Shown here: positions 1 through 13,879 of the stretch, one piece after another
Position numbering within the stretch: position 1 is the first letter of the stretch
Layout of the letters: every line of letters starts with the position of its first letter
Notes under the pieces: generated by a model
Database searches by the model: none
Seen by the model: only the letters and a program-made list of their open reading frames with translations
Told to the model about the DNA's origin: nothing
Made by a program: the position numbers and the translations under genes
From: a virus
Taxonomy: Duplodnaviria > Heunggongvirae > Uroviricota > Caudoviricetes
Virus record (IMG/VR): IMGVR_UViG_2645727510_000007
Strand: one strand, 5' to 3'
DNA: 35,552 nt

Positions 1-583
1 CCGCCCCTCCGGTCAGGATCAGTGAACGCAATAAGGCCCGGTCAGCCTGCTCTGCCTGCCAGGCGGCGGCAGCAAGCGCGGCCAGTACGGCAACCCCGCC
101 ACCTGCCGCCACACGGGCCACCGACATAAATCGTCCCAGCTCACCGGCATTCCGGGCATTTTCAGCCAGTGCATTTGCCGTATCTGACAGCGACTCCTCT
201 GATGATTCAGAGGCATCCCTGATCCCGAGAAGTTCCTCCTTCAGCAGGGTAAGCAGGCTGAGCGGTCCACCGAATGAATCGCTGATCTGCCCCCCCTGCT
301 GCAGCATGATAAGGAAGGGATTCTGACCACCGGCAAGCTGAGTGACAATATCCGTGAACTGTGCGGGCAGTGTGCGCATGGCAGCCTTATACTGTCCGAC
401 TGATATCCCGGCTTTTTGTGCAGCCAGCGCCTGTCGGCTCAGCCCCTGTTCAACAGTACTGGCGGTTTTTCTGGCATCCGCCTCCAGACTGGAAAAATGA
501 CGGTGTACCCGGGCCATCTGTTCATCAAACCGGGCCGCATCCAGACTCAAATCAATAACCAGATCACCCGCTGGCTGGGACAT
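1..583 (-). CDS. H: Tail tape measure protein H, N-terminal part (gene continues past window start)
   Basis: Minus-strand ATG at 583..581 opens a frame starting MSQPAGDLV, resembling the lambda gpH N-terminus; frame stays open to position 1. Sits directly after G-T as in lambda. Confidence 0.75.
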   Translation of the reverse strand, partial: MSQPAGDLVIDLSLDAARFDEQMARVHRHFSSLEADARKTASTVEQGLSRQALAAQKAGISVGQYKAAMRTLPAQFTDIVTQLAGGQNPFLIMLQQGGQISDSFGGPLSLLTLLKEELLGIRDASESSEESLSDTANALAENARNAGELGRFMSVARVAAGGGVAVLAALAAAAWQAEQADRALLRSLILTGGA

Positions 584-1426
584 ATCTCACACCTCCGGAA
601 ATCCCCGCTGAAGCCATCATTAATGCAACATCATCCTCGCTGACATCCACCACATCCGCAGAAGGTGAAATATCGCGCCCTCCGTCCCCTCCGAACCGGA
701 CGCCTCCGGCAACTCCTGTCGCTTTCTGCATCAGCATTTCTTCCTCGTCCGGCATCTCCGTCTGCTCTTCCTCACACGCTGGAGCAAGCAGACTGAAATC
801 CGCCGGATGCATATCCGGATCGCCAAAAAACAGGCTGAGTACGGCGTACATCAGCCCGGAAAAATGAGCGTCCAGTTGGGTATCCTGAAAATAATGCGTG
901 CAGTAAAAACGTCGCCAGTCGGCATATTCGGTGGATGTCATCCCGGCAAGCATGGCGCGCCAGTCGGGTCTCCCCATCTCTCGCGCCAGTTTCAGGACAA
1001 AGTTCAGCTCGCCTTCGAATGCTTTTTTGATGTTACCGGCTCAGTCGCTTCTGCTTTCCCGGTTTGTTCAGGATCGGCATCGTGCCGGTTATCCAGCATA
1101 CCTGAAAGATAAAGCACCCGGTTCGTTGCCTGATTCAGTGCATCAGCAGGCCATCCCAGCATCACTTCACGGCGGATCTGCTGCATCTCTGTCTCCGGAG
1201 AGGCCAGAGTGCCTTTGAGGGAATGGGAATGCCATAGCGACATCGCCACAAGCAGGGATGCCGTTTCCAGATATCGCTGGTTAATGTGCACGACATCATG
1301 CTTCGTTGTCTCCTGTTGTTCTGCGTCTGAAACAAACTTTATATAATCAAACCGCTGCAGCGCAGACAATTCGGAAAGCGTGACGGACACACCGTTATAT
1401 TCAAATTGTTCTGTTTTCAGAAACAT
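564..1426 (-). CDS. Tail assembly chaperone G-T fusion made by programmed -1 frameshift
   Basis: G frame (1004..1426) and the overlapping -1 frame (open from 1040 to stop at 564) are linked by slippery heptamer A AAA AAG at 1028..1022, six codons before the G stop; matches the lambda G/GT arrangement. Confidence 0.7.
1004..1426 (-). CDS. G: Tail assembly chaperone G
   Basis: 140-aa ORF, same length and position as lambda gpG, between V and T. Confidence 0.85.
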   Translation of the reverse strand: MFLKTEQFEYNGVSVTLSELSALQRFDYIKFVSDAEQQETTKHDVVHINQRYLETASLLVAMSLWHSHSLKGTLASPETEMQQIRREVMLGWPADALNQATNRVLYLSGMLDNRHDADPEQTGKAEATEPVTSKKHSKAS

Positions 1427-1439
1427 GTATTACCTCCGT

Positions 1440-2192
1440 TTACCCTGCAGCGCCCGCTTCAGTAACGGTGACTTCAGCCACTGCGGCGAACTGACCATTT
1501 CCGCTCACCACAGGGATCTGCACCTTACCTGTCGCCACGCCGTTTACCGTAATTGTCATATCTTTCACACTAATGGTGGCTTTCGACGGATCGGCGGAAA
1601 CCGCTCTGAACGTCTTGTCGGTTGCACTTTCCGGCTCAAAAGAAACCGTCAGGGTGGTTGTTTTCCCTTTTGCCACCGTACCGGATGTCGGCGTCACCTT
1701 AATCGCAGTGACCGGCGTAATTTTGCTGCGTTCTTCCGCTACAGAAGGTTTGCCCACGTTGGTCACTTTCACCGTGCGGGTGATCACTTCTTTCGCCGTC
1801 ACGGCCTTACCGATACTGCTGACCCAGCCACGGAACACATCCACCGTGCCATTTGGGAAACGGATTTTATAGGCCCGCACATCCCCGCTTTCAAACCAGC
1901 CTATAAGCCCTTTCTGACCTTCTTCTCCCGGTTTCCAGGCCAGCGTAAAACTGGTATCTCCTGCAGACTTCTGCCCCTGCCCGGTCGCGGTCCAGTCCGC
2001 GTCTTCATCATCCAGGTAGTTATCATCGTAGGGTTCTGCCGTCATCTCGCCCGGCGTCAGATCCTTCACCTTAGCCAGTCGCTGCCAGTCATCGTCTGAC
2101 AACGGGTTTGCATAAGCATCACCCTTGCCGTTGTAAACCCACAGAGTGGTACCGGCACCTTTTACCGGCTCAAGGGGATTTGGTGTTGCCAT
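1440..2192 (-). CDS. V: Major tail tube protein V
   Basis: 250-aa ORF with N-terminus ...[12 protein letters not shown]... and an Ig-like C-terminal region, as in lambda gpV. Confidence 0.9.
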   Translation of the reverse strand: MATPNPLEPVKGAGTTLWVYNGKGDAYANPLSDDDWQRLAKVKDLTPGEMTAEPYDDNYLDDEDADWTATGQGQKSAGDTSFTLAWKPGEEGQKGLIGWFESGDVRAYKIRFPNGTVDVFRGWVSSIGKAVTAKEVITRTVKVTNVGKPSVAEERSKITPVTAIKVTPTSGTVAKGKTTTLTVSFEPESATDKTFRAVSADPSKATISVKDMTITVNGVATGKVQIPVVSGNGQFAAVAEVTVTEAGAAG

Positions 2193-2199
2193 ATCGTCC

Positions 2200-2595
2200 T
2201 CACATCTCGTATGTAATGGAATAAGTCAGATCTGCAGAACTCCATAACGCCATATCGTCATCACGACGATACTCATAGCCCTGCGTAACCATCGTGGTAA
2301 TCAGTCCTGCCAGTGCCGGGATATCGCTCATCACCGGATAAATCCGGGACTCCATCCACGCATCCAGCTCTGAATCCGGCACCTGAGCAGGCAGGAAAAC
2401 TTCAATATGCAGCTCCGCCTGCCAGGTATCGCTGTCCAGCTCTTCGCCCGTGTATTCAGCGCCGGTGAGATAAACGGCAACTGCCGGAAAATCCGCCTCA
2501 TCAAAAACAGCGGGGCGACCATCAAAAAACGTCGCCCCGGTGTCATGCTTCTCCAGTGCATCCAGTACGGCTGCACGGAGTTCAGTATGTTTCAT
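2200..2595 (-). CDS. U: Tail terminator protein U
   Basis: 131-aa ORF matching lambda gpU in length and sequence ([15 protein letters not shown]...). Confidence 0.9.
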   Translation of the reverse strand: MKHTELRAAVLDALEKHDTGATFFDGRPAVFDEADFPAVAVYLTGAEYTGEELDSDTWQAELHIEVFLPAQVPDSELDAWMESRIYPVMSDIPALAGLITTMVTQGYEYRRDDDMALWSSADLTYSITYEM

Positions 2596-3170
2596 CGCTT
2601 TATTACCATTCTCAGTTGATGCTGCAGCGCATAGCCCAGCTCTTTCGGAAGACGTTCACGCCGTATCCGTTCAATATTCTGTTTAAACGCCGTGGTAAGC
2701 GGCACCGCCATCGGGATTTTCACCACATCAATGGGGTAACGGTTTTTCCCGGCCACACGCTGCATGACATGCCACCGGCCATTTTTCAGTTGCTGAATAA
2801 ACGCGCCGGGAATACGACGGTTACCCACCACAAGCACGCTGCCGCCACCTTTCAGGGATGAACGCTGCCCCTTTTTACGACGCCTGCGTCGGGACAGGAC
2901 AACCCGCGCATTCCCCAGCTTGATTACGGGCAAATCCCCCCGGTTAACCTTGATTCTGGCCTGCGGATTTTTAACCGTGGCCCTTTTCAGCCTGGCCCTT
3001 TCCTTTACCAGTTTCCGGCGTACCTTTGTCTCACGGGCAACCTGTGACGCAGACTGCGATATCGCGGATGAAGCAACGCGGTTAATGGCCATTGCTGACG
3101 CACCGGGCACCGCCGTTTTGCTGATACGGCTGAGGTTTTCAACGGCCTGCTCAAGACCTTTTATGGCCAT
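2592..3170 (-). CDS. Z: Tail completion protein Z
   Basis: 192-aa ORF (MAIKGLEQAVENL...) with Arg/Lys-rich segment; lambda gpZ length and position; 4-nt overlap with U. Confidence 0.9.
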   Translation of the reverse strand: MAIKGLEQAVENLSRISKTAVPGASAMAINRVASSAISQSASQVARETKVRRKLVKERARLKRATVKNPQARIKVNRGDLPVIKLGNARVVLSRRRRRKKGQRSSLKGGGSVLVVGNRRIPGAFIQQLKNGRWHVMQRVAGKNRYPIDVVKIPMAVPLTTAFKQNIERIRRERLPKELGYALQHQLRMVIKR

Positions 3171-3181
3171 ACATCCCCCTT

Positions 3182-3535
3182 TCAGCGGCGACGGTTAACG
3201 GCAGGCGGCACGCCACGCCCAAGCCAGAGATGACAGCTTCCGCCATCATCCGGCGAAATCCGGTCTATCCAGAAGTTTTCCTCACCGATGGTCAGCGTGT
3301 CGCCGCGCCGCAGCTGCCGCACATCATCAGTCCGGACAAACAGGGACGGGCTGGAGCCTTCAACGCGCACGCCCTGTCCGGCATAGCTGATATTTTCAGG
3401 GTCATCAAAAACACCACGTATCACAGCACCGGACTGCTCACCGGATGTCATGGTGGCTGACGTTCCCATGTACCCGCGTATCGTTTCATCGGCGCAGGCA
3501 ATGGCAGCATCGAACAGGTTATCGAAATCAGCCAC
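3182..3535 (-). CDS. FII: Head-tail connector protein FII
   Basis: 117-aa ORF (MADFDNLFDAAI...) equal in length to lambda gpFII. Confidence 0.9.
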   Translation of the reverse strand: MADFDNLFDAAIACADETIRGYMGTSATMTSGEQSGAVIRGVFDDPENISYAGQGVRVEGSSPSLFVRTDDVRQLRRGDTLTIGEENFWIDRISPDDGGSCHLWLGRGVPPAVNRRR

Positions 3536-3546
3536 AGCGCCTCCCG

Positions 3547-3927
3547 TTATTGCATTCTGGCCAGGCCGCGCTCTGTCATTTCAGCTGCCACACCGGCAGA
3601 GACACGAAACGCCGTTCCCGGCAGCACAAATGCCACAGCCTCATCCCGCGTGGCGTGAAGTGCATCAGTATGCAGCGTCACCAGTGCCACAACCGTGACC
3701 AGAGCAGCCGTATCCTGAATCACGGTATCCGGCTGCGCTGATACAACCTCATTTTCATGTCCGGTCAGCACATTTTCCGGGCTGACAGACGTGTCCTGAC
3801 CGGCAGCGTCATCCGTGTCATCAAGCTCCTCTTCCAGCTCTGCCACACGGAGCGCCAGTTCTTCTTTCGTCCCCGTCAGGCTGACATCACGGTTCAGTTG
3901 CTCACCCAGCGACCTGAAGACGGGCAA
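3547..3927 (-). CDS. FI: DNA packaging protein FI, N-terminally frame-disrupted (possible pseudogene or TTG start)
   Basis: 126-aa ORF resembles lambda gpFI from about residue 11 on. The SD-preceded ATG at 3946..3944 encodes MTKDELIARLQVAG then stops at 3904..3902; the long ORF is in the +1 frame starting at TTG 3927. Confidence 0.6.
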   Translation of the reverse strand: MPVFRSLGEQLNRDVSLTGTKEELALRVAELEEELDDTDDAAGQDTSVSPENVLTGHENEVVSAQPDTVIQDTAALVTVVALVTLHTDALHATRDEAVAFVLPGTAFRVSAGVAAEMTERGLARMQ

Positions 3928-3987
3928 TCAGTTCATCTTTCGTCATGAACTCCTCCACAGAGAGAAAATGGCCCCGAAGGGCCATGA

Positions 3988-5013
3988 TTACGCCAGTTGA
4001 ACGGACACGAACGCATCAGGATCAGCCAGCAGCATCAGCGGTGCTGACTGAATCATGGTGAACTCACGCGCCGGATCGCCGGTGGTCACCCAGTTTTTCG
4101 GGTAACGGGCAGAGGCGTTAATACCTTCGCGCTGTGCGTCCGCATCCTGAATACAGCCATAGGTACGCAGACCGCGTGCCTGAGTGTTCCCCAGCACCAT
4201 CGTGTTGTCCGGAAGGAAGTTCTTTTTGACGCCGTTTTCCACGTACTGTCCGGAATACACGACGATCGCCACATCGCCATACATACCCTTATAAGACACC
4301 GCTTCGCCCAGGTCTTTTACCGCTGTCTCCAGCTCGGAATGAGAGCCGCGACGGGTATCCAGCTTATCCCTGACGGCTTTGAAGGAACGGAACAGCGCCC
4401 AGCCTTTCGGATCAAACACGATGATATTCACCACACCGCTGGCGTTCAGCGCGTAGGCTTCGATATCGTCGGTCGGGTCATACGTGGACTTGTCACGCTT
4501 GCTCCACTCCGTACCACCGGACTGCGTGATGTTGTTCGCCACACTGCGGCCCATATCCACCTCAACCGGATCAAAGGCTTCACCGGTCATGGTGTATTTG
4601 CCCTTAAGCACGGCAGAAACTGCCTGCATCTCTTCGACCTGAGCAATGGCCAGCTCTTCGTCACGCATGTTCTGCAGGATGATGCGACGGCGGCGGTAAG
4701 CCGGGTCCGCCAGATTCTGCGGATCTTCATCCGGCAGGCGACGCAGGGTCATCTGCGGATTCACCTCATGCTTCGGCTTGACATATCCCGGCGTAAATTC
4801 AGAGGTGGAGCCGCCACGGGAACGGATAACCTCACCGGAAACAATCGGCGAAACGTACAGCGCCATGTTTACCAGTCCCGGAATTTGTGAGAGATAGACT
4901 TTCTCCGTGGTGAAGGGATAGCTCTCACGGAAAAAGAGACGCAGAAACAGCGGATCAAACTTAAATTTCTGCTCATTTGCCGCCAGCAGCTGGGCGGTTG
5001 TGTACATCGACAT
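3988..5013 (-). CDS. E: Major capsid protein E
   Basis: ORF 3988..5040; internal Met at 5013 gives MSMYTTAQLLAANEQKF..., 341 aa, matching lambda gpE. Confidence 0.9.
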   Translation of the reverse strand: MSMYTTAQLLAANEQKFKFDPLFLRLFFRESYPFTTEKVYLSQIPGLVNMALYVSPIVSGEVIRSRGGSTSEFTPGYVKPKHEVNPQMTLRRLPDEDPQNLADPAYRRRRIILQNMRDEELAIAQVEEMQAVSAVLKGKYTMTGEAFDPVEVDMGRSVANNITQSGGTEWSKRDKSTYDPTDDIEAYALNASGVVNIIVFDPKGWALFRSFKAVRDKLDTRRGSHSELETAVKDLGEAVSYKGMYGDVAIVVYSGQYVENGVKKNFLPDNTMVLGNTQARGLRTYGCIQDADAQREGINASARYPKNWVTTGDPAREFTMIQSAPLMLLADPDAFVSVQLA

Positions 5014-5068
5014 AAAAAAATCCCGTAAAAAAAGCCGCACAGGCGGCCTTTAGTGATGAAGGGTAAGG

Positions 5069-5401
5069 TTAAACGATGCTGATTGCCGTTCCGGCAAACG
5101 CGGTCCGTTTTTTCGTCTCATCGCTGGCAGCCTCCGGCCAGAGCACATCCTCATAACGGAACGTGCCGGACTTGTAGAACGTCAGCGTGGTGCTGGTCTG
5201 GTCAGCAGCAACCGCAAGAATGCCAACGGCAGCACCGTCGGTGGTGCCATCCCACGCAACCAGCTTACGGGTGGCGGTGTCCAGCATCAGAGGGGTCATT
5301 GCAGGCGCTTTCGCACTCAATCCGCCGGGCGCGGTTGCGGTATGAGCCGGGTCACTGTTGCCCAGCGGCTGGTAATGGGTAAAGGTTTCTTTGCTCGTCA
5401 T
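5069..5401 (-). CDS. D: Capsid decoration protein D
   Basis: [12 protein letters not shown]... from the Met at 5401, about 110 aa, matching lambda gpD. Confidence 0.9.
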   Translation of the reverse strand: MTSKETFTHYQPLGNSDPAHTATAPGGLSAKAPAMTPLMLDTATRKLVAWDGTTDGAAVGILAVAADQTSTTLTFYKSGTFRYEDVLWPEAASDETKKRTAFAGTAISIV

Positions 5402-5410
5402 AAACATCCC

Positions 5411-6710
5411 TTACACTGGTGTGTTCAGCAAATCGTTAACGGCATCAGATGCCGGGTTACCTGCAGCCAGCGGTGCCGGGGCACCCTGCATCAGACGATC
5501 CAGCGCAGTGTCACTGCGCGCCTGTGCACTCTGTGGTGCTGCGGCCAGAATGCGGCGGGCCGTTTCCACGGTCATACCGGGGGTTTCTGCCAGCACGCGT
5601 GCCTGTTCTTCGCGTCCGTGAGCCTCCTCACAGTTGAGGATCCCCATAATGCGGCTGTTTTCTGCCGCAACCGCTGCGGTGATCTGCGCGTTCACGTCCG
5701 GCTGCGCCGCGCTGGCGTTTTCGCCCTCCGTCGCTGGCACCACGTCAGTAACGTCAGCCTGCGAAGCAGTGGCTGAAACAGTTGTTGATTGAGTCTCTTT
5801 GGTCATTCGCCCTCCTGAGAGACGGGATTTACGTGCATCCAGTGCATCACGCATGACGGTGATCGCATCGGTGCTGTTAACAAGTTCATCAGCCAGTCCG
5901 GCATCAATGGCCTCCTGACCGCTGTACACTGCAGCCTCGGTATCCAGCACAGCCTGCACGGACAGGCCGGTATATGCCGACACCTTCTGCGCAAACATCC
6001 GGCGGGTTGCATCCATCCGGGACTGCAGTGTCTCCCGGACATCACCCGGAAGATGGCTGTAGGGGTTGCCATCCACCTTATGGCTGCCGCTGTAAATCAG
6101 CGTGATTTCCACACCCTGTTTCTCCAGCGCAGCACCGTAATTACTGTGAGCCATCATGACGCCGATGGAGCCTGTCCGGGCGGTCTGCGTGACCAGACGC
6201 CGGGAGGCGGCACTGGCAAGCAACTGACCTGCACTGCAGTTCATGTCGTTGGCAAGCGCCCATACCGGTTTTATGTCACGCACACGGGCGATGATGTCAG
6301 CGCAGTCAAATGCCCCCGCCACCATCCCGCCGGGCGTGTCCATATCGAGCAGAATGCCGTCCACCATCGGATCGCTGGCAGCCTGTTGCAGACGGGCGAT
6401 AATGCCGTTGTAACCGGTCATCCCCGAGTACGGCTGCAGCGCCCGCGTCCGGCTGACCAGCGTGCCGGACACCGGCAGCACGGCGATGCCGTTCATGACC
6501 TGATAACTGCGGGCCTGTCGTGGTCCGTCATCATCAACGGATAACGCCAGCGCCGCGAGTGCCTCCCCGGCAGTCAGGCTGTCGCCGGACACCGCATCCG
6601 TCAGGCGGCTGATCCCAAGCGGGCCTGCAAGCGCACAAAAGAAAACCCGCGCATAGGCGGGTTCAAGCATCAGCGGCTCATTAAAAGCCATACTGGCAAT
6701 ATGCGGGAGA

Positions 6711-6730
<20 letters not shown>
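5411..6730 (-). CDS. C: Capsid maturation protease C (in-frame scaffold Nu3 embedded in the C-terminal part)
   Basis: ORF 5411..6865 overlaps the portal gene; GTG at 6730 gives VTAELRNLPHIASMAF..., 439 aa, as lambda gpC (ClpP/S49-like). Start codon is inferred. Confidence 0.8.
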
Positions 6731-10411
<3,681 letters not shown>

Positions 10412-10437
<26 letters not shown>

Positions 10438-10957
10438 TCAGCAACCCCGGTATCAGTTCATCCAGCGCGGCTGCTTTGTTCATGGCTTTGATGATATCCC
10501 GTTTCAGGAAATCAACATGTCGGTTTTCCAGTTCCGGAAAACGCCGCTGCACCGACAGGGGGATCCCGTCGAGAATACTGGCAATTTCACCTGCGATCCG
10601 CGACAGCACGAAAGTACAGAATGCGGTTTCCACCACTTCAGCGGAGTCTCTGGCATTTTTCAGCTCCTGTGCGTCGGCCTGCGCACGCGTAAGTCGATGG
10701 CGTTCGTACTCAATAGTCCCTGGCTGGAGATCTGTCTCGCTGGCCTGCCGCAGTTCTTCAACTTCCCGGCGCAGCTTTTCGTTCTCAATTTCAGCATCCC
10801 TTTCGGCATACCATTTTATGGCGGCGGCAGAGTCATAAAGCACTTCATTACCCTTGCCACCACCCCGCAGAACGGGCATTCCCTGCTCCTGCCAGTTCTG
10901 AATGGTACGGATACTCGCGCCGAAAATGTCAGCCAGCTGCTTTTTGTTGACTTCCAT
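10412..10957 (-). CDS. Nu1: Terminase small subunit Nu1
   Basis: 181-aa ORF (MEVNKKQLADIFGASIRTIQNWQEQGMP...) with winged-HTH N-terminus; lambda gpNu1 length; next to cos. Confidence 0.95.
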
Positions 10958-11200
10958 TGTTCATTCCACGGACAAAAACAGAGAAAGGAAACGACAGAGG
11001 CCAAAAAGCTCGTTTTCAGCACCTGTCGTTTCCTTTCTTTTCAGAGGGTGTTTTAAATAAAAACATTAAGTTACGACGAAGAAGAACGGAAACGCCTTAA
11101 ACCGGAAAATTTTCATAAATAGCGAAAACCCGCGAGGTCGCCGCCCCGTAACCTGTCGGATCGCCGGAAAGGACCCGCAAAATGATAATAATTATCATCT
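10958..11200 (-). other. cos: cos site (cosB, cosN, cosQ); 12-nt cohesive-end sequence at 11135..11146
   Basis: Plus strand carries aggtcgccgccc, the reverse complement of lambda cohesive end GGGCGGCGACCT, flanked by sequence almost identical to the lambda left and right genome ends. Confidence 0.85.
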
Positions 11201-11345
11201 ATATGTCACAACGTGCATCTACGCCATCAAACCACGTCAAATAATCAATTATGACGCAGGTATCGTATTAATTGATCTGCATCAACTTAACGTAAAAACA
11301 ACTTCAGACAATACAAATCAGCGACACTGAATACGGGGCAACCTC

Positions 11346-11540
11346 ATGTCAACGAAGAACAAAACCCGCAGAACAACAACCCGCAACATCCGCTTTCCTA
11401 ACCAAATGATTGAACAAATTAACATCGCTCTTGAGCAAAAAGGGTCTGGGAATTTCTCAGCCTGGGTCATTGAAGCCTGCCGTCGGAGACTAACGTCAGA
11501 AAAGAGAGCATATACATCAATCCAAAGTGATGATGGATGA
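11346..11540 (+). CDS. Small DUF3950 / YlcI-like protein
   Basis: 64-aa ORF with a ribbon-helix-helix-like segment (NIRFPNQMIEQINIALEQKGSGNFSAWVIEACRRRL); same position as ylcI in prophage DLP12. Recalled from memory, not searched. Confidence 0.5.
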   Translation: MSTKNKTRRTTTRNIRFPNQMIEQINIALEQKGSGNFSAWVIEACRRRLTSEKRAYTSIQSDDG

Positions 11541-11900
11541 ACATCCCGGTTTCTTCCACCATCGCACCGGAAAAGCGACTATGAGGGTAACCCTGCGTCT
11601 GTCAGCACAGTAAAACCCGGTGTGCATCGTTTTTGATTATTCCCGCACACTCACGCAGAAGGAATTCCCCGTCGGGCTACGGTCATGGTTAATGCGGGAA
11701 TACGGCGACGATACAGCGCAGCTAAAAGGGTAATGGACAGATAGAGCGGTTTATTTCATTCCACAGGATTCTGAGTGCCCCCCCTCCTCCAATAGGCTGA
11801 GCATCCACCTATATAGTTTTAATTTTCATCAATCCATTTAACTATCGTTTAATTGTTGTCACATAGGATTCTGCCGTTTTTAACAATGCAGGATAATAAG

Positions 11901-12194
11901 ATGAAAAAAATGTTGTTTTCTGCCGCTCTGGCAATGCTTATTACAGGATGTGCTCAACAGACGTTTACTGTTGGAAACAAACCGACAGCAGTAACACCAA
12001 AGGAAACCATCACCCATCATTTCTTCGTTTCGGGAATTGGACAGGAGAAAACTGTTGATGCAGCCAAAATTTGTGGCGGCGCAGAAAATGTTGTTAAAAC
12101 AGAAACCCAGCAAACATTCGTAAATGGATTTCTCGGTTTTATTACTTTAGGCATTTATACTCCGCTGGAAGCGCGTGTGTATTGCTCACAATAA
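11901..12194 (+). CDS. bor: Bor lipoprotein (serum-resistance outer-membrane lipoprotein)
   Basis: MKKMLFSAALAMLITGCAQQTFTV... has a lipobox (LITGC) and is near-identical in length (97 aa) and sequence to lambda Bor; SD aggataa upstream; opposite to the lysis genes as in lambda. Confidence 0.9.
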   Translation: MKKMLFSAALAMLITGCAQQTFTVGNKPTAVTPKETITHHFFVSGIGQEKTVDAAKICGGAENVVKTETQQTFVNGFLGFITLGIYTPLEARVYCSQ

Positions 12195-12225
12195 TTGCAT
12201 GAGTTGCCCATCGATATGGGCAGCT

Positions 12226-12687
12226 CTATCTGCACTGCTCATTAATATACTTCTGGGTTCCTTCCAGTTGTTTTTGCATAGTGATCAGCCTCTCTCTGAG
12301 GGTGAAATAATCCCGTTCAGCGGTGTCTGCCAGTCGGGGGGAGGCTGCATTATCCACGCCGGAGGCGGTGGTGGCTTCACGCACTGACTGACAGACTGCT
12401 TTGATGTGCAACCGACGACGACCAGCGGCAACATCATCACGCAGAGCATCATTTTCAGCTTTCGCATCAGCTAACTCCTTCGTGTATTTTGCATCGAGCG
12501 CAGCAACATCACGCTGACGCATCTGCATGTCAGTAATTGCCGCGTTCGCCAGCTTCAGTTCTCTGGCATTTTTGTCGCGCTGGGCTTTGTAGGTAATGGC
12601 GTTATCACGGTAATGATTAACAGCCCATGACAGGCAGACGATGATGCAGATAACCAGAGCGGAGATAATCGCGGTTACTCTGTTCAT
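12226..12687 (-). CDS. Rz: Spanin inner-membrane subunit Rz
   Basis: From the Met at 12687: [30 protein letters not shown]..., about 153 aa, lambda Rz-like; N-terminal TM then coiled coil. Confidence 0.9.
   Translation of the reverse strand: MNRVTAIISALVICIIVCLSWAVNHYRDNAITYKAQRDKNARELKLANAAITDMQMRQRDVAALDAKYTKELADAKAENDALRDDVAAGRRRLHIKAVCQSVREATTASGVDNAASPRLADTAERDYFTLRERLITMQKQLEGTQKYINEQCR
12285..12467 (-). CDS. Rz1: Spanin outer-membrane lipoprotein Rz1, embedded in Rz in the +1 frame
   Basis: 60-aa ORF with lipobox (VVGCTS) and proline-rich stretch [15 protein letters not shown], wholly inside Rz as in lambda. Confidence 0.85.
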   Translation of the reverse strand: MRKLKMMLCVMMLPLVVVGCTSKQSVSQCVKPPPPPAWIMQPPPDWQTPLNGIISPSERG

Positions 12688-13181
12688 TGCTGACCCCACA
12701 AACAGATTTCACGCTCAATCTCACGACGAGTCATGAGACCTTTCCATTGCTTACCGCCAGCATATGTCCAGCGACGTAGCTGATCACATGCGCCTTTGAT
12801 ATCGCCCTGGTTTATTTTGCGAAGAAGCGTCGATGTTCTGAAATTGCCAGCACCCACGTTGTAAACGAATGAGTAAAGAGCGCCGCGCATTGTTTCCGGT
12901 ATATCGACTTTGATGTACGGGTTAATTTGTCTGGCGACCGTGGCAAGGTCTTTATTCAGGAGGGCTTTGCATTCTGCTTTGGTATACGTTTTACCGAGCA
13001 TGATGTCTTTTCCTGTATGCCCGTGACATACAGTCCATACACCAACAATATCTTTGTATGGTATGTAGCTGACACCTTCCAGACCATCGTTACCACTTGG
13101 GCCAGTGATTAACACTGATGCTATAGCAATTGCTCCGCCACCAATAGCAGCAGCAACGGCTTTTCGTAATGATGGAGGCAT
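12684..13181 (-). CDS. R: SAR endolysin (signal-anchor-release lysozyme, phage 21 type)
   Basis: 165-aa ORF with Gly/Ala-rich weakly hydrophobic N-terminus ([20 protein letters not shown]) typical of SAR domains, then a lysozyme-like region; between holin and Rz. Confidence 0.8.
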   Translation of the reverse strand: MPPSLRKAVAAAIGGGAIAIASVLITGPSGNDGLEGVSYIPYKDIVGVWTVCHGHTGKDIMLGKTYTKAECKALLNKDLATVARQINPYIKVDIPETMRGALYSFVYNVGAGNFRTSTLLRKINQGDIKGACDQLRRWTYAGGKQWKGLMTRREIEREICLWGQQ

Positions 13182-13396
13182 TATTCACCTCTCGCAGCCT
13201 TGCGCTTATCTTCTTTAATCTTGAAATAAAGGTTTGTCAGGTACGTCAGCAGGCCAAATACCAGGCTACCCAGCACACCTATTGCTGCCCACTGTGAGGG
13301 CGTGACTTTATCGAGCAGCTGTAAAAACCAGTAACCGGCACTACCTGCTGAGGTGCCATAGGCGACACCCGTTGTTAACTTATCCATGGATTTCAT
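13181..13396 (-). CDS. S: Pinholin (S21-like holin/antiholin with dual start)
   Basis: From the Met at 13396: [26 protein letters not shown]..., 71 aa with two TM segments and charged C-terminus, closely resembling phage 21 S; the dual-start motif (Met1, Met4) is present. Confidence 0.8.
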
Positions 13397-13879
13397 AACC
13401 CCACCTCGCAGACAAAGCGGGTGTAAATTGAGGGAATACAACGTATCGCAAAAAAGCAGAAACGTAACAGACTCGGAGTCAGTGAATAACTCAGGTATTG
13501 GGTTATCAGCTAATATCGAGACTCAAAAAATGGAAAAACCCGCTCGACGGCGGGTTTAAGCTGTGTGACGAAGTAACCACTCTTAACAGCATAACCAATT
13601 TTTTACGTACGTAAACCACAAAATGATATTTGCGAGAATGCTACCGAGTATTGAAAACACCACTACAAATACATAAGCAAATCTCAACAAATAACCAACA
13701 AATAATTTCCAGTGTTATTTTTAGCCGATTTAAATTGAACCTTCAAATTACAGAGCACTTATAAATAACAGCCGTTAATATAAATTGGCTAATAGATTTA
13801 TTTTTATTCAGCCAAGATCCATGAATAGGATTCGATAGAAAAAAGTTCAGATAAAAATAGAGATCTACTTCACAAATCA

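Noticed and set aside
19-216. 65-aa minus-strand ORF near the window start
   Set aside because: It lies inside the tape-measure gene H but in a different frame (H start codon at 583..581); Trp/Arg-rich composition typical of an off-frame read of a GC-rich gene.
1054-1060. GGGAAAG heptamer as the G-T frameshift site
   Set aside because: It is in the wrong register (zero-frame GGG AAA) and a -1 shift there hits a stop after five codons; A AAA AAG at 1028..1022 is the consistent site.
1380-2099. Long plus-strand ORFs antisense to structural genes (also 4339..4890, 6053..6544, 7878..8318, 9610..10377, 10517..11056)
   Set aside because: Each lies wholly within a well-supported minus-strand lambda-like gene; Arg/Cys/His-rich composition and absent SD sequences indicate antisense artefacts.
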